Shown piece after piece: positions 1 through 12,198 of a stretch of DNA of 64,000 nt (its first letter is position 1; each line of letters opens with the position of its first letter). Source of the stretch: Octopus vulgaris (taxonomy: Eukaryota). The notes under the pieces were generated by a model, which was given only the letters and a program-made list of their open reading frames with translations, was not told where the DNA came from and searched no databases. Location: the NCBI GenBank assembly GCA_951406725.2, contig OX597820.1:103416001-103480000 (forward strand), given 5' to 3'. The position numbers were made by a program, and so were the translations under genes.

Positions 1-1095
1 AGTCCTTTCATCTTATGAAAAGTAAGACCGAATGACTGCAGCTTGAACACCATTGATCATTTAGTCTTCTCCATCAGAACTGGGTGCGTTTGCACAGTGG
101 GTGATATTTTCTCGGTGAACTAAATCCGTGACCTGATTTGTATCTTTAGCTGAAACCAATTTATTGTCATATCTATTATTAAAATGACCTTGAGAGAGTA
201 CCAACTTCCTTCTACTGTTCTTTCTGAAATGTTATTTCTCAATATTCGTTGAAAAGTTTCAGGAAATTGGGAGAAAATGTACTTAAGGGCATCACAGAAC
301 AATTATGTTTTTAAAGCACGAAACTAGATATTTATAGGAGGAAACTTTGAGAGAAAATTGCGTGACGTCCATACCTTTCTCATTATCTAAGATAAGGGCC
401 ACCATTAAGTTCATTTTACAATATCATGCTCGTCATCAGTTATAACACGTATAAACAAGCAGAACTCGGGGAAAAATAAACGGTGTAGGTGTATATCAGC
501 AAATGTTATGCAACAAAATTGGTTAATTTGAACAAGTTTGTATGCCGCGAGGAGAAAAGGCATCTCATATTACATGACAGTCTTTTTGTCTCAGGGAAGA
601 GAAAGTTTTGAATTCAATTATCAGTTATATTTTTTGTTCTGGAATTATTTAAGAAACCCCAGTTCAGTTAAAAGTTAACGGGTAGTTGTAACAATTGTAC
701 TTTATCCAAAGCAATCAGCGACAGAACCAAAGTATAAATGGCGTTCAAACGAAAATGAAACTGCGATATAGCCACAACTCGTCGGTTGCTCCGCCATTCC
801 TTTACAAGATCAGATAACTTATTAAATTCACTGATTCTTATTTAGAAATGAAAGGAATGCAATATTGTAGCGTTCATTCTTTTAATAAGGGCGTCAGCAA
901 CAAAAATTAAATAAAATGGATTCAATTGAGAATCGAAACCGCGTCTATGGCAGGGCTTATTGAAAGCATATCTCTTACTGTACGTTCGCGCGTCAGCAGA
1001 ACAAGACACCGTATTAAACAAACAACTGGGTTGAAAGCAATAACAATGAGGTTACATAATAACCTTATCCAAACAGAATCAAGTGCCATAAACAA

Positions 1096-1172
1096 TACAT
1101 ACATACATACATACATACATACATACATACATACATACATACATACATACATACATACATACATACATACAT
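1096..1172. repeat. (TACA)n microsatellite
   Basis: Perfect tetranucleotide run; one of dozens of (TA)n, (CA)n, (TATG)n, (GATA)n and (TAA)n tracts in the window. Confidence 0.95.
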
Positions 1173-1486
1173 AGAATTAGCTTTAGTAAAATCCTTTTCA
1201 AACTGAAATACATTCACTGGAGACATCAGAAATATCATCTTTGTTTCTGTCTTAATCGTACACTTGATACCAACAAGCACACACAAAAGAAACTATCAAA
1301 TTTCTTTAAAAACAATATGGAAAACTCATTTAAAGAGGGGGAAAAAATACAGCAGCCTTCTCAAAAATATTCTGTTCCGTGGCCTTCTCATTGCTATCGG
1401 TAATGCATGTGCGAATTGTATTTTGATATTACGTGAATATGTATGCTTGTATACAGATAGATATGAGTGTTGTTTACATTAGATAC

Positions 1487-1576
<90 letters not shown>

Positions 1577-2029
1577 TTGATATAAACAAATAACATTTTG
1601 GGATAAACAAATAATGCTATATATGTATGTACATATATACTCATATACATGCATATATATATATATATGCATGTATATACATGTATAGCTATACACACAA
1701 ACATACCTACACACAAATACATACACACACACACACTTACACAGAAACACACACACGAATACACACAATCACATAAATATATACATACGTATACATGTAA
1801 ACGTATCTGTGATGTAAATCGGTGAGAAAAACTATAAACTTTCGAAAGAAAGTTCCCTTTTATAATAATTGCTTCGCCTGAGTTGCTCGAGCAATCCCTT
1901 GTTACTCTTGTCGTAAAAAAACACAGTGAACCAGTGAGCCAGAGTTCGAACCTTCTAGAAACCTGTGAACGACGATGCTATTTGCCATAAAATGATGTTA
2001 TGATAACTAAATAAATGATTAACTGCTGT

Positions 2030-2545
2030 ACCGGACCTCTCATCCGACTTCCAGAAATCCGGAATTTCCAGAAACCCGAGAATATTGTGCAGTACTGTGT
2101 AATATATTGTACCCTGTATTGAGTAAATAGACCACTTCGTTTGTTTAATTGCATACGGTGTGTTAAAAGTAGTTATGTACTTTACTTCCTTTAGTGGACT
2201 GATTAAGGTTCAACATATTCTCCTTGAGAATTATACTAGTTTCTAACTATATCTGTTAAATAAAATAATGATCTTTACGTTTCTTCCTTTAAATTTTTTG
2301 TTCTATAAATCTTATGCTGATTACATTGTATAACATACAGTATAACATAATTTTAAGGGGATTAATAGACATCAAACAGATCCTGCTTTCGGAGCGTATA
2401 AGTTTGAATCTGTTAAATACAATTTAGCTATTTACTTTACATGGTTTATTTTATATTTCAAATATATATTTACCATTTCTTCAGAAACCGGAAAATTCAG
2501 AAATCCAGGACACTTACGTCTCCAAGCCTGCCGGATATCGGTTGT
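2030..2545. mobile_element. Probable pogo/Tigger-type MITE, degraded
   Basis: Repeated sub-terminal CCGGAA..TTCAGAAATCC motifs at both ends, imperfect inverted ends (CATCCG / CGGATATCGGTTG), TA flanks. Confidence 0.3.
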
Positions 2546-3071
2546 ATATAAAAAAGAATTGTTCAACCAATATTATGCAAGGTGTTAATTACAAATTACT
2601 CCAGAGAAAAGCCAAGAGAACTATTGGCTCTCAGAAGTTACTGCATATACCATTTAAGTAGTTTTGATTTCTCGAGTCAACGCGAGAAATTATTTTTTAC
2701 GATTATGCTGGTCAATTCGTATATTTTTTACTTGTTTTAGTCCTTTGACTGCGACCATATTGGTGTTTTAGTAGAACAAATCGACACCAGAAATTCTTAC
2801 TTCCTTATTCCTTTATTTTTCTTTCGCCGAACCGCTAAGTTACGGGGATTTAGAGAAACCAACATTTGCTGTCAAGAGATGGAGGAGAAACACAAACACA
2901 AACACACATGTACATAAATACATGGCGCCGTCATCATCAGATGTGAAGGCGTAGAGGAGCGTTTACAATGCTTTTTATACATTCTATTCTTTTATTATTC
3001 CGACTCCTCCAGCCCCAAACAGTAACTGGTTTAATTGTTCAATTATTAATAAGCGAAACACCTTTTATTTA

Positions 3072-3135
<64 letters not shown>

Positions 3136-3136
<1 letters not shown>

Positions 3137-3884
3137 TAGCTTAAGGTGACCCGCTCTACGCGCGGGTGAGGTTGTGGTTGTTACTTTCTGTTGCTTCCTT
3201 TCTGTTTCTTACCGCCACATTCTCCCTCTTTGTTTCTCTATCCTTTCTCATTTTCCCACTCTCTTACTCTTCCTTTCTCTCGGACTTTCCCTCGCTTTCT
3301 CTTACTCTTTATCTTTCTCTATCTATCTCTCTGCCATTTATAAAAAAATTAGATTTCCGCGTTTAAATTACAAATCCGCTTTCACTTTACCATGTTAAAA
3401 ATTTGATTGCAATCGGGCAAAAAGTGTCCGATCTAGACCACCAAGTGTCCCCCAAAATCAATAAAATCCCAGTTTCACACCAAAGCAACCACTGTAGCGC
3501 CACAAAACGTTTCCCAATCAATTTTCCCCCTCAAGTTACCCCTCCTATAAATATGAATCCCCTTCCAGTCCCATTTAGACCCCTTTTTACATAAAAATCC
3601 AATCTGTGTCTACGTTCGCCTTCTTCATTTTATAGATAGGATTAGATGCCAATCGCGCCAATCTGGAGGGGCTTAGAGCCCCCTTGAATCTTCTCACCAT
3701 AGCAACCGCATCTCTCCAGATGGTGAGTTTTAACCTAGTCAACTCTGCCTCATCACGCCTTCTATGCCTGTGTCAATTTTCAGCTCGATCTGACCACTGG
3801 TGTGGCCGCCAACCTCTGACGTAGCAAAATGTGCACACAATTTTGACCCAAAGCCTCTTTTATATATATATATATATATATAGA
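3136..3884 (-). mobile_element. Non-autonomous Helitron-like element
   Basis: Minus strand starts TCTATATATA..AAAAG and ends CTAG|T with a sub-terminal hairpin (ACCCGC..GCGGGT at about 3149-3167). Confidence 0.6.
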
Positions 3885-4391
3885 TAGCAGAGAAACCCGG
3901 TATTGCTCGGGATTAAACTAGTTTATCATTGTTTTATTTGTTTCGGTATTATAACTCGATTTCATTCGGGTCTACGCGGGCCACACTTTAAAGATGAGGA
4001 ATTTTTCCCTAGAGACCATACCTTTCAATTGAGCATGCAAACTCGCCAGGACTTTTAACATAGGTGTGCAAATTTTCAACTGAATCCAACCATATTTACT
4101 AACACTTTGCCTGTATAACTGCTTGTGAGAAAACGTCTGCCCTTTTCACAAATATGTCGTAGACCTGCAGAGATACCCGACCTTACTTGGGATTAAAATG
4201 GCATAGTTTTTCATTGTTTTACTTGTTTGGTTAATCTAAGCCGATTTCGTTCGGGTGTAATCGGGCCACATTTTAAAAGATGAGGAATTTTGTCCTTTCA
4301 TTTGAGGAAAAAAATAGTTGCCATGCAAACTCGCCAGCATTTTTAACATAGGTGTGCATATTTTCAGCTCAACCGACCACATAATGCACAC

Positions 4392-4478
<87 letters not shown>

Positions 4479-4534
4479 GCATTATATATATGTGTGTGCA
4501 TGTGTGTGTACGCATTATATATACAAATGTATAC

Positions 4535-4598
<64 letters not shown>

Positions 4599-5157
4599 TA
4601 TATACACTTTGTATATATACATTATATATACATATTTATATACAGATACAGACACAGACACAGACACACACTCACACATATAAATTAACCCAATAAATAT
4701 CTGATTCATAATATTTGTTCTCATGTGTGGTGGTTGTGGCGATAATAAAGATCTCTATGAATGCAGACAGACGTACAGACGTACAGAGAGAGAGAGAGAG
4801 AGAGACGGAGGCGGTGGTTGAAAGAGTGACAGCGCTGGCGAAGGCGGTGGGGAAAGATAGTAGTATCTGTCAAACGTCCTTATAGAGAGAAAGTGATGGG
4901 AAGGGAGGAAACAGAGAGAGACGGAGGAAGACATGCAGATAAGAGAATGAGAGGAGACTTGTCAAAGTCCGCGTTTTTCGCCCTAGTAACCACCCCTTTT
5001 AAGATAGGGATTTCTAACCTAGTCCACTCACATCCTCACCTCATTTTACATGTCCCTGTAAATTTTGGAGTCAATCCGACGGGTTATAGTGGCCATTAAC
5101 CCGTTCCAATGCCAAAACCAGACAAACAAACATGTTGCATTTCAGATTTATAGATAT
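3885..5157 (-). mobile_element. Second Helitron-like element with internal ~280 bp-spaced duplication
   Basis: 3' end TAGCAGAGAAACCCGG..CGGG hairpin at 3885-3911 recurs at about 4168; 3885-4110 resembles 4168-4395. Confidence 0.45.
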
Positions 5158-5161
5158 TGAT

Positions 5162-5580
5162 AAGCGTAGGAGTGGCTGTGTGGTAAGTAGTTTGCTTACC
5201 AGCCACACGCTTCCGGGATCAGTCTCACTGTGTGACACCTGGGGCAAGTGTCTTCTACTATAGCCTCGGGCCAACCAAAGTCTTGTAAGTAGATTTGGTA
5301 GACGGAAACTGAAAGAAGCCCCTCCGTGTATAAATATATATATGTATGTATACATATATATACATACATACATATATGTGTGTATGTTTCTGTGTCTGTG
5401 TTTGTCCCCCTACCATCGCTTGACAATCGATGTTTACGTCCCTGTAACTTGCCGGTTCCTCAAAAGAGACCGATAAAATAAGTACTAGGCTTACAAAGAA
5501 TAAGTCGATTTGTTCGACTAAAGACAGTGCTCCAGCATGGCCGCATTCAGATGACTGAAACAAATAAAAGAATAAAAGAA
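5162..5580 (+). mobile_element. tRNA-derived SINE family A, full length (head, internal microsatellite, CR1-like tail)
   Basis: A/B-box-like head (TGGCTGTGTGGT..GGATCAGTCT) and tail GTGCTCCAGCATGGCCGCA..GACTGAAAC-(TAAAAGAA)n; more than 12 homologous pieces in window. Confidence 0.85.
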
Positions 5581-5615
5581 TATATATTTGCAGCACAAAT
5601 TGATAAACGTATACA

Positions 5616-5657
<42 letters not shown>

Positions 5658-5659
<2 letters not shown>

Positions 5660-6853
5660 GGGGTTGGACAAAATAATGGAAACATTTAGCATCATAGCAT
5701 CATAATTTTGAAATATGTATAAAACCGTCAAAAGCCTGATTATTTTTATGCTTTTCAATTTATTATTAGTATTGCTTAATATGTTTTGCTAAAATTGCTG
5801 TTTCTTTTCAGATTATCCCAAGAAAAAGGTAATTAAAATTCATTAAAATGACAGATCTATCGGACTTTCAAAGAGTTCAAATCGTTGGTGCTTGTATGGC
5901 AGGTACTAGCGTAACGAAAACAGCTGAAATGTTTGATGTATCAAGAAGTACTGTCTCAAAAGTAATGACAGCCTTTGAGAAATAGGGAAAAACCTCCTCG
6001 TCGAAACAAAACACCGGAAGTAAACCAAAACTTTCAGATAGGTACCGTCGGACTCTTACGCGAATTGTTAGAAAGGATCACAAAAGTACAGCTCCCAAAA
6101 TTACTGCAGAGCTTAATGACCACCTCGGGAACCCAGATTCCACAAAAAAATGTTCACCTGGAGCTGCACAAAGCCGGATTTCACGGGAGGGCTGCAATCA
6201 GAAAAACACTACTTTTAAAAACAAACGTTGCAAAGCGTTTACAGTGGAGTAAAAACCTACAGAATTGGCCCCTAGAGCAGTGGAAGAATGTTATTTTCTC
6301 GGACGAGTCATCCTTTACCTTATTTCCGACCACCAGCCGAGTATACGTTGACCCAGACTGCCTTCTTCCAACTGTTAAACATGGTGGAGGATCTGTGATG
6401 ATATGGGGGTAGGGGGGCTATATCTTGGAACCATATAAGCATTTTGTCTGATCAAATTCATCCTAAGGTTGCGGAACTGTTTCCGGCGGGAAACGTAATC
6501 TTTCAGGATAATAATGGACCAATTCACACAGCTAAAGTTGTTAATGGTACAAGGAACATTCTAGTGAAGTTGAACATTTTATCTGACAATCACAGCCCCC
6601 AGTTCTCAATATCATTGAACATTTGTGGTGCATTTTAGAAAAACTAGTAAGGAGTCAATATCCTCCACCATCATCACTACAATAACTGGAGACTGTTTTA
6701 GCTGAAGAATGGACAAAAATTCCTTTGGAAACAATCCAAACTTTGTACGAGACCATACCTCGTAGAATTCAAGCTGTAATTATTGCCAAATTACTCCATA
6801 TTAAAATTAATTTGTTTGAAATTTTAAGGCATTTCCATTAGTTTGTCGAACCC

Positions 6854-6856
<3 letters not shown>
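5658..6856 (+). mobile_element. Tc1-like DNA transposon (DD34E type), both TIRs present, transposase inactivated
   Basis: TIRs (c/t)AGGGGTTGGACAAAATAATGGAAAC / TTTCCATTAGTTTGTCGAACCCCTG with TA TSD. Confidence 0.92.
5848..6804 (+). pseudogene. Tc1 transposase pseudogene
   Basis: MTDLSDFQR..; motifs WKNVIFSDES, TVKHGGGSVMIWG, FQDNNGPIH, LNIIEHLW; in-frame stops and frameshifts. Confidence 0.9.
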
Positions 6857-6887
<31 letters not shown>

Positions 6888-6949
6888 GTCAGTCCAGTAA
6901 CGTTAATCCAGACACGTTTACTTTCTCACTCCGCTTTCTTTCCTCATTC

Positions 6950-6985
6950 CTTTCTGTTGACGAGAGTAGGCTCGAAACGTCAAAG
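6950..6985 (+). ncRNA. Minimal hammerhead-like motif (A6U core variant) in a short Penelope-like repeat
   Basis: CTTT-CTGTTGA-C-GAG..CTC-GAAAC-GTC-AAAG; a more decayed copy lies at about 61673-61706. Confidence 0.4.
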
Positions 6986-7029
6986 ACCTTTCCATTCTTC
7001 CAGAGCGGCAAACTAATACATCTTGTTTG

Positions 7030-7240
7030 TTGTGGCGTGTGGGGGGGGGGGACAAACACACACACACACATACATGTATATACACCGACAAGCTTCTTCC
7101 AGTTTCCATCCACCAAATCCACTCACAAATCTTTAGTCGGCCCGGGGTTTTAGGTGAAGACACTTGCCCAAAGTATCATGTAACAAAACTGAACCCAAAA
7201 TTGTGTATTTGGAAAGCAAACTCTTACCATAGAGCCTATC
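7030..7240 (-). mobile_element. SINE family A, partial
   Basis: Homologous to 5162-5580. Confidence 0.75.
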
Positions 7241-7479
7241 GGGCGCTAATTTTCACTAAAATTTTTGTTAATATTTTAAAATAATTTTTATGGGTAATTA
7301 CAAAGTATAGTGAAAGAGATCTTCGATAAAACGAAAAAAAGAAATCTGCTTAGCATTCTATTTCATAGCAGACAAACAACATAATAACATGATATATAGG
7401 ATTTAAACATAAGAAACAATAAACATCAAGGTCTCTGTGAAAAATAATTCAATTCTATAGAATCCAAAAAGAAATAACA

Positions 7480-7669
7480 TCATAGCATAACAATTATCAT
7501 CATATACAACATCATCACCAACACCGCCATAATTATTATCATCACTACCGCCACCATCATCATCCTCATCACTACTACCACTACCATAATCATCATCATC
7601 ATCATCAGCATCATCATCATCATCATCATCATCATCACCACCACCACCACCACCACCACCACCACCACC

Positions 7670-7703
<34 letters not shown>

Positions 7704-7760
7704 TCATCAACAACACATCCATCATTGTCAATAATGATGGCAACGACAGTGATGATAGCA
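7480..7760. repeat. Compound (CAT)n/(CAC)n trinucleotide repeat
   Basis: Direct reading. Confidence 0.9.
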
Positions 7761-8344
7761 TTTAATAACTTTGCATGCTATTGAAAACGGACGTGAAAGA
7801 TCATAGACGAAACCAATAAGTCACGTATAATAGTGGAGTGAGAGTGCTAAGCAGTGATAAGTAAAAATGACATGTTATTACCAGCTCGAATATGCTAAAA
7901 GCGCATTCGGACTTGTAAACAAGCCTTTCCCTGTGTTTTGTCATGCAGAAAATCTTTCGCTGTAAACATATGGTGTAAATACACCCCAATCAGCTCGCAG
8001 CACCACCTATCCGGTTGTTCCGTTCATCGGATCAACTGGAATCCTCCTTGTTGGAACCGACGGAGTGTCGGTTTTATTTCTTATTTTATTTTTTTTTATA
8101 ATGATACCCAGGACATATTCCTCTGGCATCCATGCATCATATGAAATTCACATTCCAAATAGCTTTCAACCACCAGGGTATATTAGGACTTACGAAGGGA
8201 AAGCTTTATAACAGTCAGAACGTACGAAACTAAAAATCTGAAAACAGGCAAGGACCTTTAGGATAAACTTATGAAAATGACTTCGACTGGGAAAGAGTCA
8301 AATTACTGAGCGAACATTGTTGAAAATGAAACAGTAAATTTTAA

Positions 8345-8826
8345 TTTAATTAATTTATTTATTTTCTTTTTATTTTATTTTTTTATTCTATTTTATCTAG
8401 TTTCAGCTCACGAGCTGTGGCCATGCTGGGGCACCGCCATTTGGTGTTGCTACATGATTTTACTTCACGAATGCTTTTTAGCAATTGCCATTTGGTGGAT
8501 GAGAGAGTTCGATGCAGCTGCCCTCATCTGCACCTCCTGCCGTGAAGTTGGTTCATCTGGAACACCTGACAGGAAGAGATCCAGTTTTATTTTAAAGACA
8601 TCTACATCCACCCCATGCAGGTCTCTCAGGTTCTTCGGGAGGATATTGAAGAGCTGTGGGCCTCTGAAACCCAGGCTATCACAGTATCTTGTCCTACATC
8701 TTGATGGTAAATTTGGAGTCCTTGGCACCACGCAGTGGCGCCCAGTTCTGGCATTTGTGTAACTCTCGATGCCAAAGTTTGGAACAAGTCCTTCTAGGAT
8801 CTTCCAGATGTATATTATGGCATATC
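8345..8826 (-). mobile_element. CR1-like LINE 3' end (ORF2 C-terminus, 3'UTR, A-rich tail)
   Basis: RYAIIYIWKILEGLVPN..GPQLFNILP..FKIKLDLFLSGVPDEP..SNSL, stop at 8465; 3'UTR GGCGGTGCCCCAGCATGGCCACAGCT..TGAAAC. Confidence 0.85.
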
Positions 8827-9305
8827 TGTAAAATAAACTCATTAGAAAAAGCAAAGAGAAATTTGAATATTTATTTGAAAATTTTCGAAAGAGAAGTTTA
8901 TAAATGGAAATTTATGTTACTTCCATGGCAAACAAGATCAAGCAGCCAAATATGTTACAAACTGACATAAAGTATAACTTGTTTCAATTAAAATGACATT
9001 TCGCTGTCGTCTCGCTATCGTTTCATTTCATCATAATGCACACGAGCGCGCATGCGCGTGCACACATATACTCACAAAATACAAAAAAAAAAGGAAAATG
9101 CAAGATTATTAATTTTTCTAATTCAAGAAACCAAGTTATTTTTTTATACCAGCCATCCATTTTTAACTGCACAGCTTTCATAGAGGTGTTTCATTACAAC
9201 AAAGACTACGTGCTTACACACACACACATACACACACACACACACACACAAACAAATATATACATACATGCATAATACATACATCCATATATATATGCAT
9301 GTATG

Positions 9306-9340
<35 letters not shown>

Positions 9341-9360
9341 TATATATATATGCATGTATG

Positions 9361-9425
<65 letters not shown>

Positions 9426-9521
9426 TTTTTATTAGAGGCGCCGAAATGGGTATTGTACAATACAAATAAGAAGATGATATTTTTTTCTTACTTGCATTGT
9501 ACAACATATATATATATATAT

Positions 9522-9834
9522 GGCACTCCATCGGTTACGACGACGAGGGTTCCAGTTGATCCGATCAACGGAACAGCCTGCTCATGAAATCAACGTGCAA
9601 GTGGCTGACCACTCCACAGACACATGTACCCTTCACTTAGATCTCAGGAGGTTTCAGCGTGACACAGAATGTGACAAGGTTGGCCCTTTGAAATACAGGT
9701 ACTACTCATTTTCGCCAGCTGAGTGGACTGGAACAACGTGAAATAAAGTGAGTGTCTTGCTCAACGACACAATGAGACGCCGAGAATTGAACTCACGACC
9801 TTGCGATCAGGAACCGTTTACCCTAACCACTAAA
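9522..9834 (-). mobile_element. tRNA-derived SINE family C
   Basis: Head TAGTGGTTAG..GAGTTCAATTCT, core TTGAGCAAGACAC..CCAGTCCACTCAGCTG; homologues at 34404-34695 and 8010-8070 (tail). Confidence 0.8.
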
Positions 9835-9924
9835 TAGTGAGGAAAGGCAAATAATCAAATAATGCAGGACAAGGACATTTAATTTCATTTAATATGGTAA
9901 AGATAGTACAAAATGGTAGAAATT

Positions 9925-10016
9925 ATTTCTGACAGATGTTTCTGGAATATCCCAGCTATTGAAGGATTGTATCGAGCGAAGATTCTATAGGTTTGGTATT
10001 CCGTCATCGGAGAAAT
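9925..10016 (-). ncRNA. Type I hammerhead motif (U4C variant, long stem II)
   Basis: Minus strand ATTTCT-CCGATGA-CGGAATA..TATTCCA-GAAAC-ATCT-GTC-AGAAAT; perfect 6-bp stem I, GUC triplet. Confidence 0.65.
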
Positions 10017-10563
10017 ATAGATTAGACAGCAGAAGAATATCCCTCATCAATGATATTTGTTGCGGTTCATTATGTCTAGGAGGGTAGGAAAGTTCAGTTA
10101 AATACAATTAGATCGGGTCTTCTGTAGGTAAATTCATAATCAGAAAGAATGGTTAAGTGGTACAGCATGGCGAGAAGAGGAAAAGAATTGTTATGCATTG
10201 CTCGATATTGAAGGAAAAGGAAAATAAATGCTAGCAGATCTAAACCACAAACACAGTTTTATTATAACCATCGCTGAGATTTGTTACAACAACAACCAGC
10301 GCTGGTCAGTGTTTCTCTTTAGCAAGGTCCCTGCTCAGTCATTAGATTTGCTAGAAATAGCAGCGAAATTTGCCTCACGCTGCACCCTACCGTCTTAAAA
10401 TTGAACATACATTGGACAAAAGGACGCTTACGTGGTCACCCCAGTTTTATTCTGCTTTAACCTCCTACTCTTTGAACTTACATATCTTAACTACTGCCTG
10501 AACTTTCTGTACCTATTTTCTCTAATATATATATATATATATGCGCGCGCGCGCGTGTGTATG

Positions 10564-10594
<31 letters not shown>

Positions 10595-11141
10595 CTTTCC
10601 ATGGCTCTTTGAGCCGTTACCAGTCTCTGCTCTTCTCTCTTTGTTGTAGCCCATGTTTCACAGCCATATAACATTGCAGGTAGAACTGTACTGTTGATGA
10701 GGTTGGCGCGGGTGGTCCTGTCCAACCTTCCCTTGAGCACATCCCTTATGCCATTAAACGCCTTCCATCAAAGAGCCATGGAAAGGTCAATGCTTGGTAT
10801 CTCGTTGAGAGAGCACATCAGTAGTGAGATCATCAGAAAGAAGTCCGGCGTGAGGGATGCCATCGCAGAGTATACACGCAGCAAGTTTAGATGGACTGGA
10901 CACGTCGCCCGGCTCACCGATAATCGGTGGACCCGCGCAGTTGTCGAGTGGTACCGGCGCGAGCGGAAACGACCACCCGGAAGGCCTCCACGACGGTGGA
11001 GTTACGATTTCAGGAGGACGATTGGGATCACGTGGATGAGAAAGGCGCGATCCAGAGAGGAGTGGACAGCGTGTTGTGACCAGCGGTGTCAAATGGACGC
11101 CTGACGGACTGGTCGGTCAAGGTGATCAAGGTGAAGGTGAT
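10595..11141 (+). mobile_element. 5'-truncated RTE-clade LINE with 5' inversion, inserted in (TA)n
   Basis: Minus piece 10595-10767 (VLPAMLYGCETW..AQRAMER) joined to plus piece 10768-11104 (QRAMERSMLGISL..WTGHVAR..RPPGRPPRRW); tail of (CAAGGTGAT)-like repeats. Confidence 0.9.
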
Positions 11142-11725
11142 ATATATATATATATACCCGCGGACCTCCCGGCCTTCGGCCCGGTCTGTACGGGTTTGAA
11201 ATGTATTCATAAGGCATATCTTGGCATTTATCGTATTGCCTATTTTCCTTACAATAAAAGTTCTTGAAAAGTATTTGAATATTGCATAACATAATTTTTA
11301 AAATTTATTCAGAATATCTGAATATAGAAAGTAATATAAATGATAATAGAAAAATATATTGTACGAAAGCTATAAAACATTGACGGAACTTCAGTACATA
11401 CAATGTTTTCAATTCATTTCTTTGGAGCATAGGAAAAGTATCTGGGGGTTTCCCACTCTAGAACAACCTACATACAATTGACTGTGGAGAAACAGCCCTC
11501 TTCTCGATGGAGACCGACAACCTGCAGTGTTTGAACATGGGACTTGTTAATGGCCATTGCGTAACTGACTCCAACTGGGAATTGTAATAGTTTGAAACGA
11601 ATGGGGTCATTTGTTAGTATTAGTGGCATTTTAGGTATAACTCCACTTATCGAGCGGTGGTGGGAGGACAAACACACACACACACACACACACATAGTTT
11701 ATTAAAAAGCAGCAAGAATATCACT

Positions 11726-11771
11726 AAAACTGTTACTCAGACTTTCACATTCCCGTTCACCGGACAGTTTT
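11726..11771 (-). ncRNA. Hammerhead motif, decayed, inside a small foldback
   Basis: Minus strand AAAACTGT-CCGGTGA-ACG GGAA TGT-GAAAGTCTGAGTA-ACAGTTTT; 8-bp stem I. Confidence 0.55.
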
Positions 11772-11861
11772 GCTGCTCTTTAATAAAGCATGTTACTCTA
11801 CCACCGGTATTCGAGTACAATTTTTTCCACTCTGTTTCGATTTATGTGCTTTTTTTTCAAT

Positions 11862-12072
11862 ATGTGACCGCGTGTGTATCGTTGGCGATTTTCTTTCTCC
11901 GTCTTCCTTTCTTTGCACTTTTTCTTTTTTCCTATATTTCTGACGAAGAGCTCTCCTCGAAACGTGAAATCCTCCTTCTTTCTTTCCTTTCCTGAGCGTC
12001 CAATAACACTATACTTATACCACATCCTCACGTTGTTGTTTTTTCTTGCTTGTTCATGTTTGGATTGACTAT
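11862..12072 (+). mobile_element. Short Penelope-like repeat with minimal hammerhead at 11936-11970
   Basis: ATTT-CTGACGA-A-GAG..CTC-GAAACGTG-AAAT; same family as 61812-62010(-). Confidence 0.6.
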
Positions 12073-12082
12073 ATATATATAT

Positions 12083-12198
12083 ACAAGGCTTTGGTCGGCC
12101 CGAGGCTATAATAGAAGACACTCGCCCAAGGTGCCTTGCAGTGGGACTGAACCCGGAACTATGTGGTTGGGAAGCAAACTTCTTACCACACAGCCACG
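12083..12198 (-). mobile_element. SINE family A head
   Basis: Homology to 5162-5330. Confidence 0.8.

Noticed and set aside
120-302. 60-aa ORF in the unique-looking first kilobase
   Set aside because: No motif, no clear splice signals, and a length expected by chance
7480-7761. Poly-M/V/H ORF; likewise poly-N/L/T ORFs at 37407-38013 and 54824-55095
   Set aside because: Trinucleotide repeats only
10020-10290. Possible Penelope GIY-YIG C-terminal remnant upstream of the 9925 hammerhead
   Set aside because: Only a hint (LCL.., SRH) with no continuous frame; not supportable by eye
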